A DNA stretch of 64,000 bases, taken from contig CM059431.1 of assembly GCA_030390025.1 (NCBI GenBank), forward strand, positions 129,520,001 through 129,584,000, given 5' to 3'. Shown here in pieces: positions 13,295 to 25,983 of this stretch; within the stretch, counting starts at the first letter, position 1; every line of letters starts with the position of its first letter. This DNA comes from Squalus acanthias (lineage: Eukaryota). The notes below the pieces were generated by a model, which was given only the letters and a program-made list of their open reading frames with translations, did not search any database and was not told where the DNA came from. A program made the position numbers and the translations under genes.

Positions 13295-14408
13295 AAAAAG
13301 CCTTTGATAGGTACCATACGGTAGGCTCATGACAAAGGTAGGGCATGTGGAGTCAGGGGTCAAACAGCTGAATGGATAGCAAATTGGCTAAAAAATAGAA
13401 AGCAAAGAGTAGGGGTAAAGGGTAGTAATTCAGATTGGAGGAAGGTAGAAAGTGGTGTTCCACAAGGATCAGTGCTGGGACCACTGTTATACATAATTTA
13501 CATTAATGATTTGTACTTAGGAACAAGTAACTCTATATCTATATTTGCAGACGATAAACTGGGGGGGTATAGCTAACACTGAGGAAGAATGCAACGTAAT
13601 ACAAGATATTAGAAAACATGCAGACTGGGCAGTTAAGTGGCAAATTGACTTTAACATAGATGAGGTGATGCACTTTGGTAAAAAAAATAGAAACATCACC
13701 TACACATTAGAAAATAAGAAACTGAATGGGGTAGAAGAGCAAAGGGATCTAGGGATACAGGTGAACAAATCATTAAAAGCAGCATCACAGTTCAGCAAAG
13801 CAATTAACAATGCTAACAAAGCATTGGGATTTATTTCTAGTGGTATAGAATTCAAAAGTAGTAAAGTCATGTAAAACTTGTATAGGATCCTGGTCAGGCC
13901 ACACTTAGAGTACTGTGCACAGTTCTGGTCTCCATACTATAAAAAGGACATAGAAGCACTGGAGAAAATGCAAAAAAGATTTACAAGTATGGTACCAGAA
14001 CTGAAAGAATACAGCTATAGGAAAAGATTGAACAGGTTGGGGCTTTTTTCTTCAAAAAATGAGAAGACTTAGAGCTGACCTGATAGATGTCTTTAAAATT
14101 ATGAATGGTTTGGCCAGGATAGATGTGGAGAATCCAAAACTAGGGTCCATAAATACAAGATAGTTACTAATAAACCCAATAGGGAAATAAGGAGAAATTT
14201 CTTCACTCAGAGAGTGGTTAGAATGTGGAACTCGCTACCACAGGAAGTGGTTGAGGCAAATAGCTTAGATGCTTTCAAAAGGAAATTAGACAAGTACATG
14301 AGACAAAAGGGAATTGAGTGTGGAGTATAAACACCAGCACAGACTAGTTGGGGCGAATGGTCTGTTTCTATGCTGCATGTTCTATGTAATTCTATGTAAT
14401 TTTATGTA
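13295..14408 (+). mobile_element. Degenerate CR1 RT 3' fragment
   Basis: GVPQGSVLGP, FADD, VRPHLEYCAQFWSP; tail repeats (TTCTATGTAA)n. Confidence 0.88.
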
Positions 14409-15959
14409 CTGATTTAACCCCAGCTTTTAATAACATTCATCTCATCTTCGTCCATTTTTTAGATGTAAAATGGTTGGCGGGCCAGCAAATTTCTTTTGGC
14501 GACCTCCCCCACCTGATCTGGCCTGCAAATAAGCCAGTCAAGAGTTTGGAAATGGGTACCTTTTAGGTGTCATGGGCATTAGACACTTTACCTATGCAAG
14601 TCATGGTCTTAATGTTGGTTGGAGGACCAACCCCAATGTAAAATCCGAGTACAAATGCGTGGAGCTTGCACTGTGCAAGCTCTGCCTAGTTGTACTAGGT
14701 TTTGAGCAGCCTAAACAGTGATCCTTTTTAAAACTTACATTTCTGTGGAGCCAGGTGGAGCAGCCCTCTGCTTCGCCTCTTCCCCCTCCTAACTATGACT
14801 GGCTCAGCATCGGAACCAGCCAGAATCAGTCAGGTCCCTACAAGTGTCTGGCATTGGGATGCCTAAAGACCACCTGTTTCATTTAAATGAGGCCCGATGC
14901 TAAATTTGACTCGGGCCTCCCACCAATGTCATTGGGCGTGCGTTGTGATTGCACAACCCGTTTCACGCAGAAAACTAGCACAAGTTGAGCTTCTCCCCTA
15001 TGTCCTTGCCTGTGGCTGATTCTGCTCAGTGGATTTAATAGAGAACTGTGGATCAGCTACAGAATTCAAGTGGTCATATCTCAACCTTTCTTAGGACTGA
15101 GTCATAACTGGAGGTGCTCCTCAGTTACAGTTTGGTAGCTTCTGAGGTCCTCTCAGACCTTCAGAGCAGTGCAGATCTCTAGCTTTCTGGTCACTGCTGT
15201 GTCCACCCCTCTTCTTGCTGCTGCAAGAGTCAAATCAGGGGAAGGAAGGAGAAGCAGAAGAGTGAGTACTTAAATCAGTATTCAACTCTGTGCTTGGCAC
15301 TCATTAGTACTGATGCATGAAGCCTCCTCAGGCAGCAGTATAGTATGGTCACTCATTTTTTATGCCACATTCGGATTATAAAAACAATTTCCATCACACT
15401 GACATTCCAGAGTAAAATTTGGTCTTGATCTGAATGTAACATAGCTCCTGACCCACACACTGTAGGAGGAATTTTAACTCTCCCCACTTGGTGGGAATAG
15501 AACGAGGGAGCAGTTAAAATAGAGCAGCTCCATTTCGCGCTCTGTGTCCATGCCGTTGGGTTTGGCAGTGGACGGTGCTCCTGCCAGACTCCAGAAAGAA
15601 CATCGTTAATAAATGCAAATCGGTGTCCCATGACGTACATGGGACTTCGATGGCATTTTAACCCACTCCTGAGCAAGGCGCCTGACCCAGCTGCCCCACC
15701 AGGTAAAGCTGTCAGGAAGCCTACGACCTGTCTTAAACCTTGCACAGCTGAATACGACGTTAAATGGCATGAAAGACCACCCACCAGCCCTACTTAAAGA
15801 GATTATGAACTACTTACATGTTAGTTGCTGAATAATTTTTCTGGCTACTGGTACAATTGTATGCATTTTTGGAGCTTTCCTATACTTGCCTAAAGTTTGA
15901 ATAGTGTACAGGGAGTGGTCTGGCTGGTGCTGAAGTATTTTTTTGTTCATTTAAATGCT

Positions 15960-17162
15960 TGTGCTGAAACAAGTTGGGTGGCCTGGTAGGCCTTCCTCTT
16001 GGAATTGAGCATGACTGGTAGAATGAACAGAGGCCACGCAGAGCAGGACAAGCTGCTAGAAGAGGGAGGAGGAGGAGGGGGAATAAGGGCTCCCAACAGG
16101 AGGCCATATACACCGAGGGTCTTTAGAGAGCAATCCTCTTACCTTAACTTCAGCAACGACCAATGCACGAGACGCCTTCGCTTCACTAAAGAGGTCGTAA
16201 CTGAAATCTGCCAACTGTTGCAGCCACAACTACAATCTCAAAGCAGGGCAAGGACTGCATTGCCTGTAGCTGTCAATGTGGCTGTGGCTCTTAACGTTTA
16301 TGCATCTGGCTCCTTCCAGGCTGCTGCTGGAGATATAAGCAACATCTCACAGTTTTCAGTAGATTGCTGCATAAGGAAGGTCACTGAGGCTCTCTATACA
16401 AAGAGAGACATTGTCATCTCATTCCCTCTTGCCAGAGACAAGCAGGCGGAGTGAGCACGAGAGTTTGCACTGATTACAGGCTTTCCCATGGTGCAGGCTG
16501 CCATTGACTCCACGCCCATTGCCTTGCGAGTGCCTCATGTCAATTCGGCTGTTTTCATGAATGCTAAAGGGATTCCACTCACTCAATGTGCAGTAGGTGC
16601 GCTGGTGAATGCCCGTTATCCTGGCAGTAGTCACGATTCCTTCATTTTTCATTCTGTGGCAGTCCTTTGTGCCAGCTGTAGTTAACCCACCACAGCAAGT
16701 CAAAGGCTGGCTACTGGGCAACAAGGATTATCCACTGATGACATGGCTCATGGCTCCGGTCCGGAACCCACGCACACGTGCACAGCACGCCTACAATGAG
16801 AGCCATGCTGCCACAAGGAACATTATAGAGCACACCATTGGCATCTTCAAGCAATTTTTCCACTGCCTGGACTGAAGTGGAGGAGCTCTACAGTACTAGG
16901 CTGAGCGACTATCAAGATTTGTGGTAGTTTGCTGCATGCTGAACAACCTGGCCATTATGAGGGAACAGCCCTTACCACTAAATATCAGGCGAGAAGCTCA
17001 GGAGCAGGAGCACGAAGAAGAGGAGGTGTAGGAGAAGGATGTGGAGGAGGAGGAAGTGCAACAGGAAGTGGAGGAACAGGAAGAGGAAGGGGGCTACAAC
17101 ATAGACAGCCCCTTTCTGCCCAGGCTCTACATGATGAAATGATTAATGAGCGATGCCAGTAA
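15960..17162 (+). pseudogene. PIF/Harbinger (HARBI1-like) transposase remnant
   Basis: RLRFTKEVVTEIC, YASGSFQ, GFPMVQAAIDSTPI, VNARYPGSSHDSFI, GWLLGNKDYPLMTWLM, YNESHAATRNIIEHTIG; stops and frameshifts. Confidence 0.88.
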
Positions 17163-17464
17163 CCTCAACAACACTTCCCCATTCACCAGCAGTCCCACGC
17201 TCCCTACCTTTCCTCTATCACTGACCATCACATTGTGCTCTTTCCAACAACACAAATAAAAACCACCAGAAAATGCACATTCCAATACAAATTTATAAAT
17301 TCAATCATGATATAATGCATATAAAAATGAACTAATCACCCTTGTGCATTCCCTTAGTGCCTGTCTTCCGTGTGCATTTGCCTCTCCTAGTGCTTCTACA
17401 AGGTGCCTCCCCAGTGGCTCTAGCATCGGTGGTGGAAGGCTGCTGTGGTTGAATAGCTGCCAGT

Positions 17465-18450
17465 GCAACTAAGAGAAGAGGAAGGAGGAGGGCACTACAT
17501 ACCCACAGCAGGTCTTCAAGGAACACTTCTCCTACCTCAACTTTACTCAGCATCAATCTCTCAAGGCATCTTCGCTTCACCAAAGAATCTGCCGCCGAGC
17601 TATTTCATCTGCTGCAGCCACAACTTGAGCCTCAAACCAAGGCATGGACAGCACTGCCTGTGGCTCTCAAGGTCAGCATAGCCTTACCTTTTACGCACCT
17701 GATTCCTTTCAGGCTGCATCAGGTAACATCAGCGGCATATCACAGTTTATAGTCCAACTTGTATCAGGGAAGTCACCAAGGCTCTCTATGTCTGGAGGAA
17801 CACTGACACCTCTTTCCCCACGGACAGTGAAGCACTAAGCTTCACCTGCACTGCAGGCTTTCCCAGGGTGCAAGATGCCATAGACTGTCCCCTCATTGCC
17901 TTGTGTGCTCCCCATCACTGTCCTGGCATCTGAATAGAAAGAGTTTCCAGTCCCTCAATGTCTATGTTGTTTGCGACCACATCATATATGCCTGTGCCCG
18001 GTATCCTGGCAGCAGTCATGATGCATTCATCATGTGCCAATCCTTTGTGCCGCCTTTATTCCAACCTGGCTGTCAGGTTGCAGGCTGGCTACTGGGTGGC
18101 AAGGGCTGTCCCTTTAAGACTTGACTCATGACTCCTGTTAGGATGCCGTCACGGCTGCAGAGGTGGCCTACAACAAAAGCCATGCTGCCATCAGAAAGAT
18201 CATCAAGCAGACAGTCAGCATGCTCAAACAACACCTCCGCTGCCTGGACCATTCGGGAGGAGCCGTGCAGTACAGCCCTGAGCAGGTGACTAAATTTGTG
18301 GTTGTTTGCTACATACTGTATAACTTTGCCATCATGAGGGACCAGCCTTTATCACCACCCAGGCAGCAACAAGTGCAGGAGGATATCGACCACCAGTACC
18401 CCTAGCTGCCAGAACTCTCAGAGAGTAGCTCATCGAAGAGCACTTCGCAT
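17465..18450 (+). pseudogene. Second Harbinger transposase remnant
   Basis: DSFQAASGNISGISQ, ARYPGSSHDAFI, GWLLGGKG, YNKSHAAIRKIIKQTVSMLKQ. Confidence 0.85.
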
Positions 18451-18669
18451 GAATCATTCCTTCCATCCCCAATACACCAATGGTTCCACACTCCTTATCA
18501 TCACCATCCTTACTACCACCATCGGATTGCTTTCCTTCAGTCCAACTTTATGGGTCTTGCCCTCATTTCACTACAAATATAAACACCAAATCCAGAACAA
18601 AATAAAATTGTCAAACAACTCAATTTCATTTGAATTTCATCCGTGTCTAATAGTTTATAGAAATTCTAA

Positions 18670-19638
18670 GAATCACCATTGTGCAACCCTTTAGTGCCTG
18701 ACTTTTGTGCTTGTTAACCTATCCTGCTGCTCCTACGAAGTGTTTCCCCAGTGGCTATCGTTTGGGAGGTGGAAGGCTGCTGAGCTTCTATTGAGGACAC
18801 TTCAATGGACATGGTGGGTTACCTCGAGCAACTCTGGGCCTTGAGGGTCTGGCTGCAGACTGCAGCATCTCTTCGTGGGCAAGGGTAGACTGGCCCAGCT
18901 GGCTGTGTGGCACTAAAAAAGGACACTGTTGGAGTGGGTGGCATGGGTGCAGGTATGCTGTGATTCTGAGAGAGGAAAGCAGGTGCCTCTCTTATGGAGC
19001 CAAGGCCACCCACCTAGGGCTGCACCTCAGCGCTCTTATGGCGCTGCACAAGATCAGAGTGGATGAGTGATATGACGCTCTTGAAACCCCTGTCAACAAT
19101 GGCCCCCGGAGCAAAGATGGCAGCCATCTGAACTTCCATGGCAGCAGTGTGAGCTGCCATGGAAGCTGCCAGTGCTGTCAGCACAGGCTCCATCATGGTG
19201 GGTGCCACTGTCATGTTCATAGAGCTGACCACTCAGTACATGTTGAACTGAATGGTCTCCATGCTCTGCGCAAAATGCCAACACAAGTTGAAGCTGGAAA
19301 TCAACATGCTCTGATCCATTGTGCACAAACTCACTAACAGGCTGCCCAGTGCACCTAGCATTTCCTGGTGTATGCCCATCAGCCCTTTTCGGTAGCCTGG
19401 GCACTTGAAGTCAGCATCTGAGTCCTCTGCAGCAGAGCTAGTAGGAGATACCCCACCCCAACTCCTGCACACATGAGCCCGATGATTTACCACGTGAATA
19501 CCCCTCCTCTAGCCTAGTCTCTAAAGTAGACGTGGTGCCAGTCTCTGAGCTGAAGCTTGCTAGTGCAAGACTCAGTGATGCTGCAAGAAGGCTGGCCTCC
19601 CCTTCCTGAAGTGGCAGAATTGAGAGTGCAGTTTGTCA
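18670..19638 (-). pseudogene. Last-exon remnant of the Harbinger Myb/SANT partner gene, cut by the CR1 insertion
   Basis: SAAEDSDADF...MGIHQEMLGALGSL parallels SAAHDSDEDL...MGMHTELLGAMASL at 28030-28404. The upstream part continues at ~24810-25200. Confidence 0.65.
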
Positions 19639-19933
19639 CGGAGTGCAGATCAGAACAGAGTGTTAAACTGCGAGTTTGGTGAGTGAGGGTGTGAGGGGAG
19701 GGAGGTGTTCCTTTCTTTTTCCATCTTTGTCAGCTTCCAGGAGAGCAGGAGCTAAAAAGCTGCATAAGAGGGGACAGAGAACCAGCGGTGAGTGTTTCGA
19801 CAGTATTTCTACATTCCAGTCAGTAAAGTAAAAGTAAGGTCTCTAGTTTAGAGTAAGTAGAGTTTAAAGGGAAGTAAGGTCCCTAGTGTATTTAATATTC
19901 TTTAACTTAAAAGGAGTAAATTAAGGGTAGGAC

Positions 19934-20880
19934 ATGGCAGGGCAGCTCGGCTGTGTGGAGTGCTCCTCTTGTGCTATGTTGGAAGTCAGGGACACTTTAG
20001 GTGTCCAGGGCGAACACATGTGCAGGAAGTGTCTCCAGCTGCAGCTACTCGAAATCCGCGTTTCGGAGCTGGAGCTGCGGCTGGAGTCACTGTGGAGCAT
20101 CCGCGAAGCTGAGAGCTTCGTGGATAGCACGTTCAACAAGGTGGTCACACCGCAGGTAAAGAGTGCACAGGCAGACAGGGAATGGGTGACCACCAGACAG
20201 AGTAAAAGAACTAGGAAGGTAGTGCAGAAGTCCCCTGGGTCAATCTCCCTCTCCGACAGATTTTCCATTTTGGATACTGATGGGGAGATGGTTTCTCAGG
20301 GGAATGCAGCAAGAGCCAAGTCCGTGGCACTACGAGTGGCTCAGCTGCACAGGAGGGGAGGAAAAAGAGTGGGAGAGCAATAGTGATAGGGGATTCTATC
20401 GTAAGGGGAACAGATAGACGTTTCTGTAGCCGCAGACGTGACTCCAGGATGGTATGTTGCCTCCCTGGTGCCAGGGTCAAGGATGTCACTGAACGGCTGC
20501 AGGGCATTCTGAAGGGGGAGGGCGAACAGTCAGAGGTTGTGGTTCACATTGGTACCAATGACATGGGTAGAAAGAGGGATGAGGTCCTGCAACAAGAATT
20601 TAGGGAGCTAGATAGCAGATTAAAAAGCAGGACCTCAAAGGTTGTAATCTCTGGATTACTCCTGGTGCCACGTGCTAGTGAGTATAGGAATAGGAGGATA
20701 GAGCAGATGAATGCATGGCTAAAGAGTTGGTGCAGGAGGGAGAGCTTTAGTTTCCTGGATAACTGGGTCTGCTTCTGGGGAAGGTGGGACCTGTACAAGT
20801 CAGACGGGTTGCACCTGAACCAGAACGGGACCAACATCCTTGCGGGGAGGTTTGCTAGTACTGTTGCGGTGGGGGTTTAA
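19934..20880 (+). pseudogene. CR1 ORF1 (zinc finger/leucine zipper and SGNH esterase) with one frameshift near 20285
   Basis: CSSC...CRKC, then GDSIVRG, HIGTND and DGLHLN in a second frame. Confidence 0.88.
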
Positions 20881-23815
20881 ACTAACTTGGCAGGGGGATG
20901 GGATAAGGAGTAGAGCTATAGTAGGGGCTGATGCACAGCCAAATATAGAGGAAAAAACAAGTCAGCCTGGAAGGCAGAGCAAATATGTAACGGCACAAAG
21001 GAGTATGGCAAGGCTGAATGGCATTTATTTTAATGCAAGGAGTCTTACGAGTAAGGCAGATGAATTGAAGGTGTTGATGCACACATGGGAGTATGATATT
21101 GTTGCTATCACAGAGACATGGTTGAGGGAGGGGCAGGACTGGCAGCTCAATATTCCGGGGTACAGAATCTTCAGGCGGGACAGAGGTGGGTGTAAAAGAG
21201 GAGGGGGTGTCGCAATATTAATCGAGTCAATTACTGCTGCAAGGAGGGATGATATCTTAGCAGGTTCCTCTAATGAGGCCATATGGGTAGAACTTAAAAA
21301 CAAAAAGGGGGCAAGCACTTTGCTGGGAGTGTACTATAGGCCCCCAAACAGTCAGGGAGAGAGAGAGGCACAGATATGTAAGCAAATCTCAGAGAAGTGT
21401 AGAAATAATAGGGTAATAATAGTAGGGGATTTCAACTTCCCCAATATTAACTGGGATAGTCAGAGTGTGAAAGGCTTAGAGGGTGCGGAATTCTTAAAGT
21501 GCATCCAGGAGAGCTTTTTGAGTCAGCATGTAGAAAGTCCGACAAGAGAGGGGGCGGTACTGGACCTAATTCTGGAGAATGTAGCCGGGCAAGTGGTAGA
21601 AGTGTCAGTAGCAGAGCATTTTGGTGACAGTGACCATAATTCGGTGAGATTTAAGGTAGTCATGGAAAAGGACAAAGATGGACCGGAAATAAAGGTTCTA
21701 AATTGGGGGAAGGCCGATTTTAATATGATAAGGCAGGATCTGGCCAAAGTGGACTGGGGTCAGCTACTTGTAGGAAAATCCACATCAGAGCAGTGGGAGT
21801 CTTTCAGAAAGGAAATAGAGAGAGTCCAACGGCAACATGTTCCCGTAAAGGTCAAGGGTCGGACCAATAAGTCCAGGGAACCCTGGATGTCAAGGGATAT
21901 GCGAGAATGGATTAGGAAAAAAAGGGAGGCTTTTGGCAGATACAAAGGACTAAAAACAGTGGAAGCCCGAGAGGAGTATAGAAAGTGCAGGGGGGTACTT
22001 AAAAAATAAATTAGGAGAGCGAAGAGGGGGCATGAAAAAACACTGGCGGGCAAAATAAAGGAAAATCCCAAGGTGTTTTATAAGTATATTAAGGGCAAGA
22101 GGATAACCAGGGAAAGAGTAGGGCCCATTAGGGACCAAAGTGGCAATCTGTGTGTAGAGCCAGAAGATGTAGGTGGGGTTTTAAATGAATATTTTGCATC
22201 TGTGTTCACTATGGAGAAGGACGATGTAGGCATAGAAATCAAGCAGGGGGATTGTGATATACTTGAACAAATTAGTATTGAGAGGGAGGAGGTACTAGTG
22301 GTTTTAGCAGGCTTAAAAGTGGATAAATCCCCAGGCCCAGACGAGATGTATCCCAGGCTGCTGTGTGAGGCAAGGGAGGAGATTGCAGGGGCTCTGACAC
22401 AAATTTTCAGAACCTCTCTGGCCACAGGGGAGGTGCCAGAGGACTGGAGAACAGCTAACATAGTACCATTATTCAAGAAGGGTAGTAGGGATAAACCAGG
22501 GAATTACAGGCCAGTGAGCCTAACATCAGTGGTAGGGAAATTATTGGAAAAAATTCTGAGGGAGAGAATTAGTCTCCACTTGGAGAGGCAAGGATTAATC
22601 AAGGATAGTCAGCATGGCTTTGTCAGGGGGAGATCATGTCTGACCAATTTGACTGAATTTTTTGAGGGGGTGACTAGGTGTTTGGATGAGGGTAGTGCAG
22701 TTGATGTGGTCTACATGGACTTCAGTAAGGCTTTTGACAAAGTCCCATATGGGAGACTGGTCAAGAAGGTAAGAGCCCATGGGATCCAGGGCAACTTGGA
22801 ACATTGGATCCAGAATTGGCTTAGTGGCAGGAGGCAGAGGGTGATGGTCGAAGGTTGTTTTTGTGACTGGAAGCCTGTGTTCAGTGGTGTACCGCAGGGA
22901 TCGGTGCTGGGTCCTTTGCTGTTTGTAGTGTACATTAATGATTTAGATATGAATGTAGGAGGTATGATCAGTAAGTTTGCAGATGACATGAAAATTGGTG
23001 GGGTGGTAAATAGCGAGGAGGGAAGCCTCAGGCTACAGGACGATATAGATGGGCTGGTCAGATGGGCGGAACAGTGGCAAATGGAATTTAACCCTGAAAA
23101 GTGTGAGGTGATGCATTTTGGGAGGACTAACAAGGCAAGGGAATACACAATGAATGGTAGGACCTTAGGAAGGACAGAGGATCAGAGGGACCTTGGTGTG
23201 CATGTACATAGATCCCTGAAGGCAGCAGGACAGGTAGATAAGGTGGTTAAAAAGGCATATGGGATACTTGGGTTCATTAGCCGAGGCATAGAATATAAGA
23301 GCAGGGAGGTTATGATGGAGCTGTACAAAACGCTACTTAGGCCACAGCTGGAATACTGTGTGCAGTTCTGGTCGCCACACTATAGGAAGGATATGATTGC
23401 ATTGGAGAGGGTGCAGAGGAGATTCACCAGGATGTTACCTGGGCTGCAGCGCTTCAGCTATGAAGAGAGACTGGACAGGCTGGGGTTGTTTTCCTTAGAA
23501 CAGAGAAGGCTGAGAGGGGACCTGATTGAGGTGTGCAAAATTATGAGGGGCATAGATAGGGTAGATAGAAAGGAACTTTTCCCCTTAGTAGAGGGGTCAA
23601 TAACCAGGGGGCATAGTTTCAAGGTAAGGGGCAGGAGGTTTAGAGGGGATTTGAGGAAAAACTTTTTCACCCAGAGGGTGGTTGGAATCTGGAACTCACT
23701 GCCTGAAAGGGTGGTAGAGGCAGGAACCCTCACAACATTCAAGAAGCATTTAGATGAGCACTTGAAACGCCATAGCATACAAGGCTACGGACCAAGTGCT
23801 GGAAAATGGGATTAG
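20840..23815 (+). pseudogene. CR1 ORF2 (AP endonuclease and reverse transcriptase) with an in-frame stop at 22007-22009
   Basis: YFNARS, ITETW, GDFNFP, SDH; RT motifs QHGF, DFSKAFD, GVPQGSVLGP, FADD. ORFs 20840-22009 and 22073-23815 share a frame. Confidence 0.93.
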
Positions 23816-23895
23816 AATAGACAGGGCTTGATGGCCGGTGCGGACACGATGGGCCGAAGGGCCTCTTTCTGTGCTGTAAAGCTCTATGACTCTAT

Positions 23896-24801
23896 GGGGT
23901 AGAAATTAGGTCGCGCCCCATTTGGGGCGCAAATATCGTCTGGACGCAAATATTAGCGCCTGGCGCTAATTATCGGCACTGACTGGAAACTTCACTTTTA
24001 CCGCCCCGGGAGGTGAGTGGAGCGCTAAAGCAGGCGCTGCACACCTGTCTTAAGGCGCAAAGGCCGAGGAGTGAGGCGTTAACTCAGAGCGCTGGCGAAG
24101 CTCATGTAATGTCAGTCAGCAATGGAACACACACACAATGGCATGGGCCAGTTCTTAAAGGGGATGGTTAATCTTGCTTTCCATCCACATCCTGTTCATT
24201 GCAGCCTTGAATCTCGGCCTGGAGAGACTTGCACATCAAATGTGCTGGAAAGAACAATGGAGAGTACCAGGCAAAGAGCTCAGAGTGCAGCTCCCACAGT
24301 CTCTGCTAAATCGATACAAGGAATGGCAAATCAAAATGAACCTGCAAAGTGCTGCTCAGTACCCAAAACTCCTTCACACAACGTTGAATCTCTCCAGAAG
24401 TCTCTCCCTCTCTCTCTCAGAATGCGTAGTTCAAAAATGCCACCAACAATAAAAGACAGGAAGAGGCCCCCTTTAAATAGCGCCCCCCCCCCCCCCCCCC
24501 CCCAGCCCCACAGTGATTGATAGCGTTCCAGTCTTCTGGTTGTTGGATGCGCCAGGCAGTAAGGCAGGGGGCGCCACTCAATTTCCGCTCCGGGGCGCCA
24601 CAAGGGCGTTGCACCATGGAATGACGTCACAATCTGCGCGCGCAGGTGGTCGCAGCGGTAAGTTTTAGCGCCGCCGCACAATCTCAAGTTAAGTTCTCGA
24701 GCGGCGCAAACATCGCTGCGCCTGGGCGTTAGCGGCTTTGCGCCCCATTAGCGCCCTCTTAAGGCGCTAACGGGAGGCGCAACCAACTGAATTTTTACCC
24801 C
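23896..24801. mobile_element. Harbinger-like MITE inserted in the CR1 tail repeat
   Basis: TIRs GGGGTAGAAATT / AATTTTTACCCC; 3-bp TSD TAT (23893-95, 24802-04); related copy at 45941-46669. Confidence 0.85.
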
Positions 24802-25983
24802 TATGACTCTAAATGGCCCCACATTTTCAGCACATGAAATGAAAGAGAGGGACAAATGTTAGCTTTTAGTGTGAAGGGAGAGCAGAGGAAGAAGTGCCTG
24901 TTGGAAGCAACTGCAGTTTGTCATGCCGAGTGTGTAGGGTGAGATAGAAGTAAGAAGGGAAAAAGAGGATAAAGGGGTGAAGAAGCCCTGCGTGACCTCT
25001 CCTCCATCAATGCCAGTTGCCATGGCCTGCAAGTGATGGCCAACATGTTCTCTTCGAGGGGGGAGAGGGTGTGCAGGTGGACTCGGTCTCCTCCGGTGAC
25101 AGTATCCTGGAACAGGTTGTCAAAGACCTTCTGCTGCAAGAAAGAAGGGAGTGTGTTAATGACATCCTTGTGAATTGTTCAGAGAATGTGCCTGTTATGG
25201 TAGAATAGTTGGTATGCAGTCTAAGAATATGTAGATGTTTTTACATTATTCTAATGCAGAACAAAGACAGAACAGCTAAAGTAGATAGAATTGGTTTAAA
25301 CTGTGTGCGCACAAATTCTATCTTTTGATCACAATGACGCTGATAACATTTGAGAAGATGGATTTCAGGGCCGGAGACATTGTACTCTGTAAGGATAGGC
25401 ATAAATAGATTATTAAATAAATAAGTTGGCATTAATGATATAATATGGAGATAAAGGGTTGTTAGGTTAAATCACAGGGGCCTAGAAATTCAGGGGTTTA
25501 GCGCAACCCGGTACTGCCAGAATCGGGCAAAAAAATGGTGGCCAGCACTCTTCCACCAGCTGGCGGCGGGACCCACGACAGCCACCATTTTCAAATGGCC
25601 AGCAGCACTGCTGATATGAGCAATCGCGAAAATCATGGAAATGATGCAGGTCACAAGGTCAGTGAGTGTGCAAAGCTGACTTGATGCCTGAGCTGCGAGT
25701 TTGGAGTTCACTGTTCAACTTACCGGCATGCCTCAAGTGCGACGAGCTGAGCAAGCATTCACAAGCAGGAAGGAGGCTCCAGCAGTGGTATTTAAAGCGA
25801 TCATCAGCAATTACTAGCACCTGACATGTTTCTGCAGTTTGACTGGCTCTGTGCAACTTTCTGCAACCCTAGCAGCTTTATAAACTTCTTTCAAGGTTCT
25901 AAGGTAGCAGGAAGTGTTTTTGCAAGTGGAGAACGCCTTCATTCTTATTTAAAGGCTTCTGCTTACAACACTGGCTCACAGTC

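Larger units (their letters stand above)
19639..23895 (+). mobile_element. Near full-length CR1 LINE
   Basis: 5' UTR, ORF1 (zinc finger/leucine zipper plus SGNH esterase), ORF2 (APE plus RT), 3' hairpin and (CTCTATGA)n tail. Confidence 0.95.
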
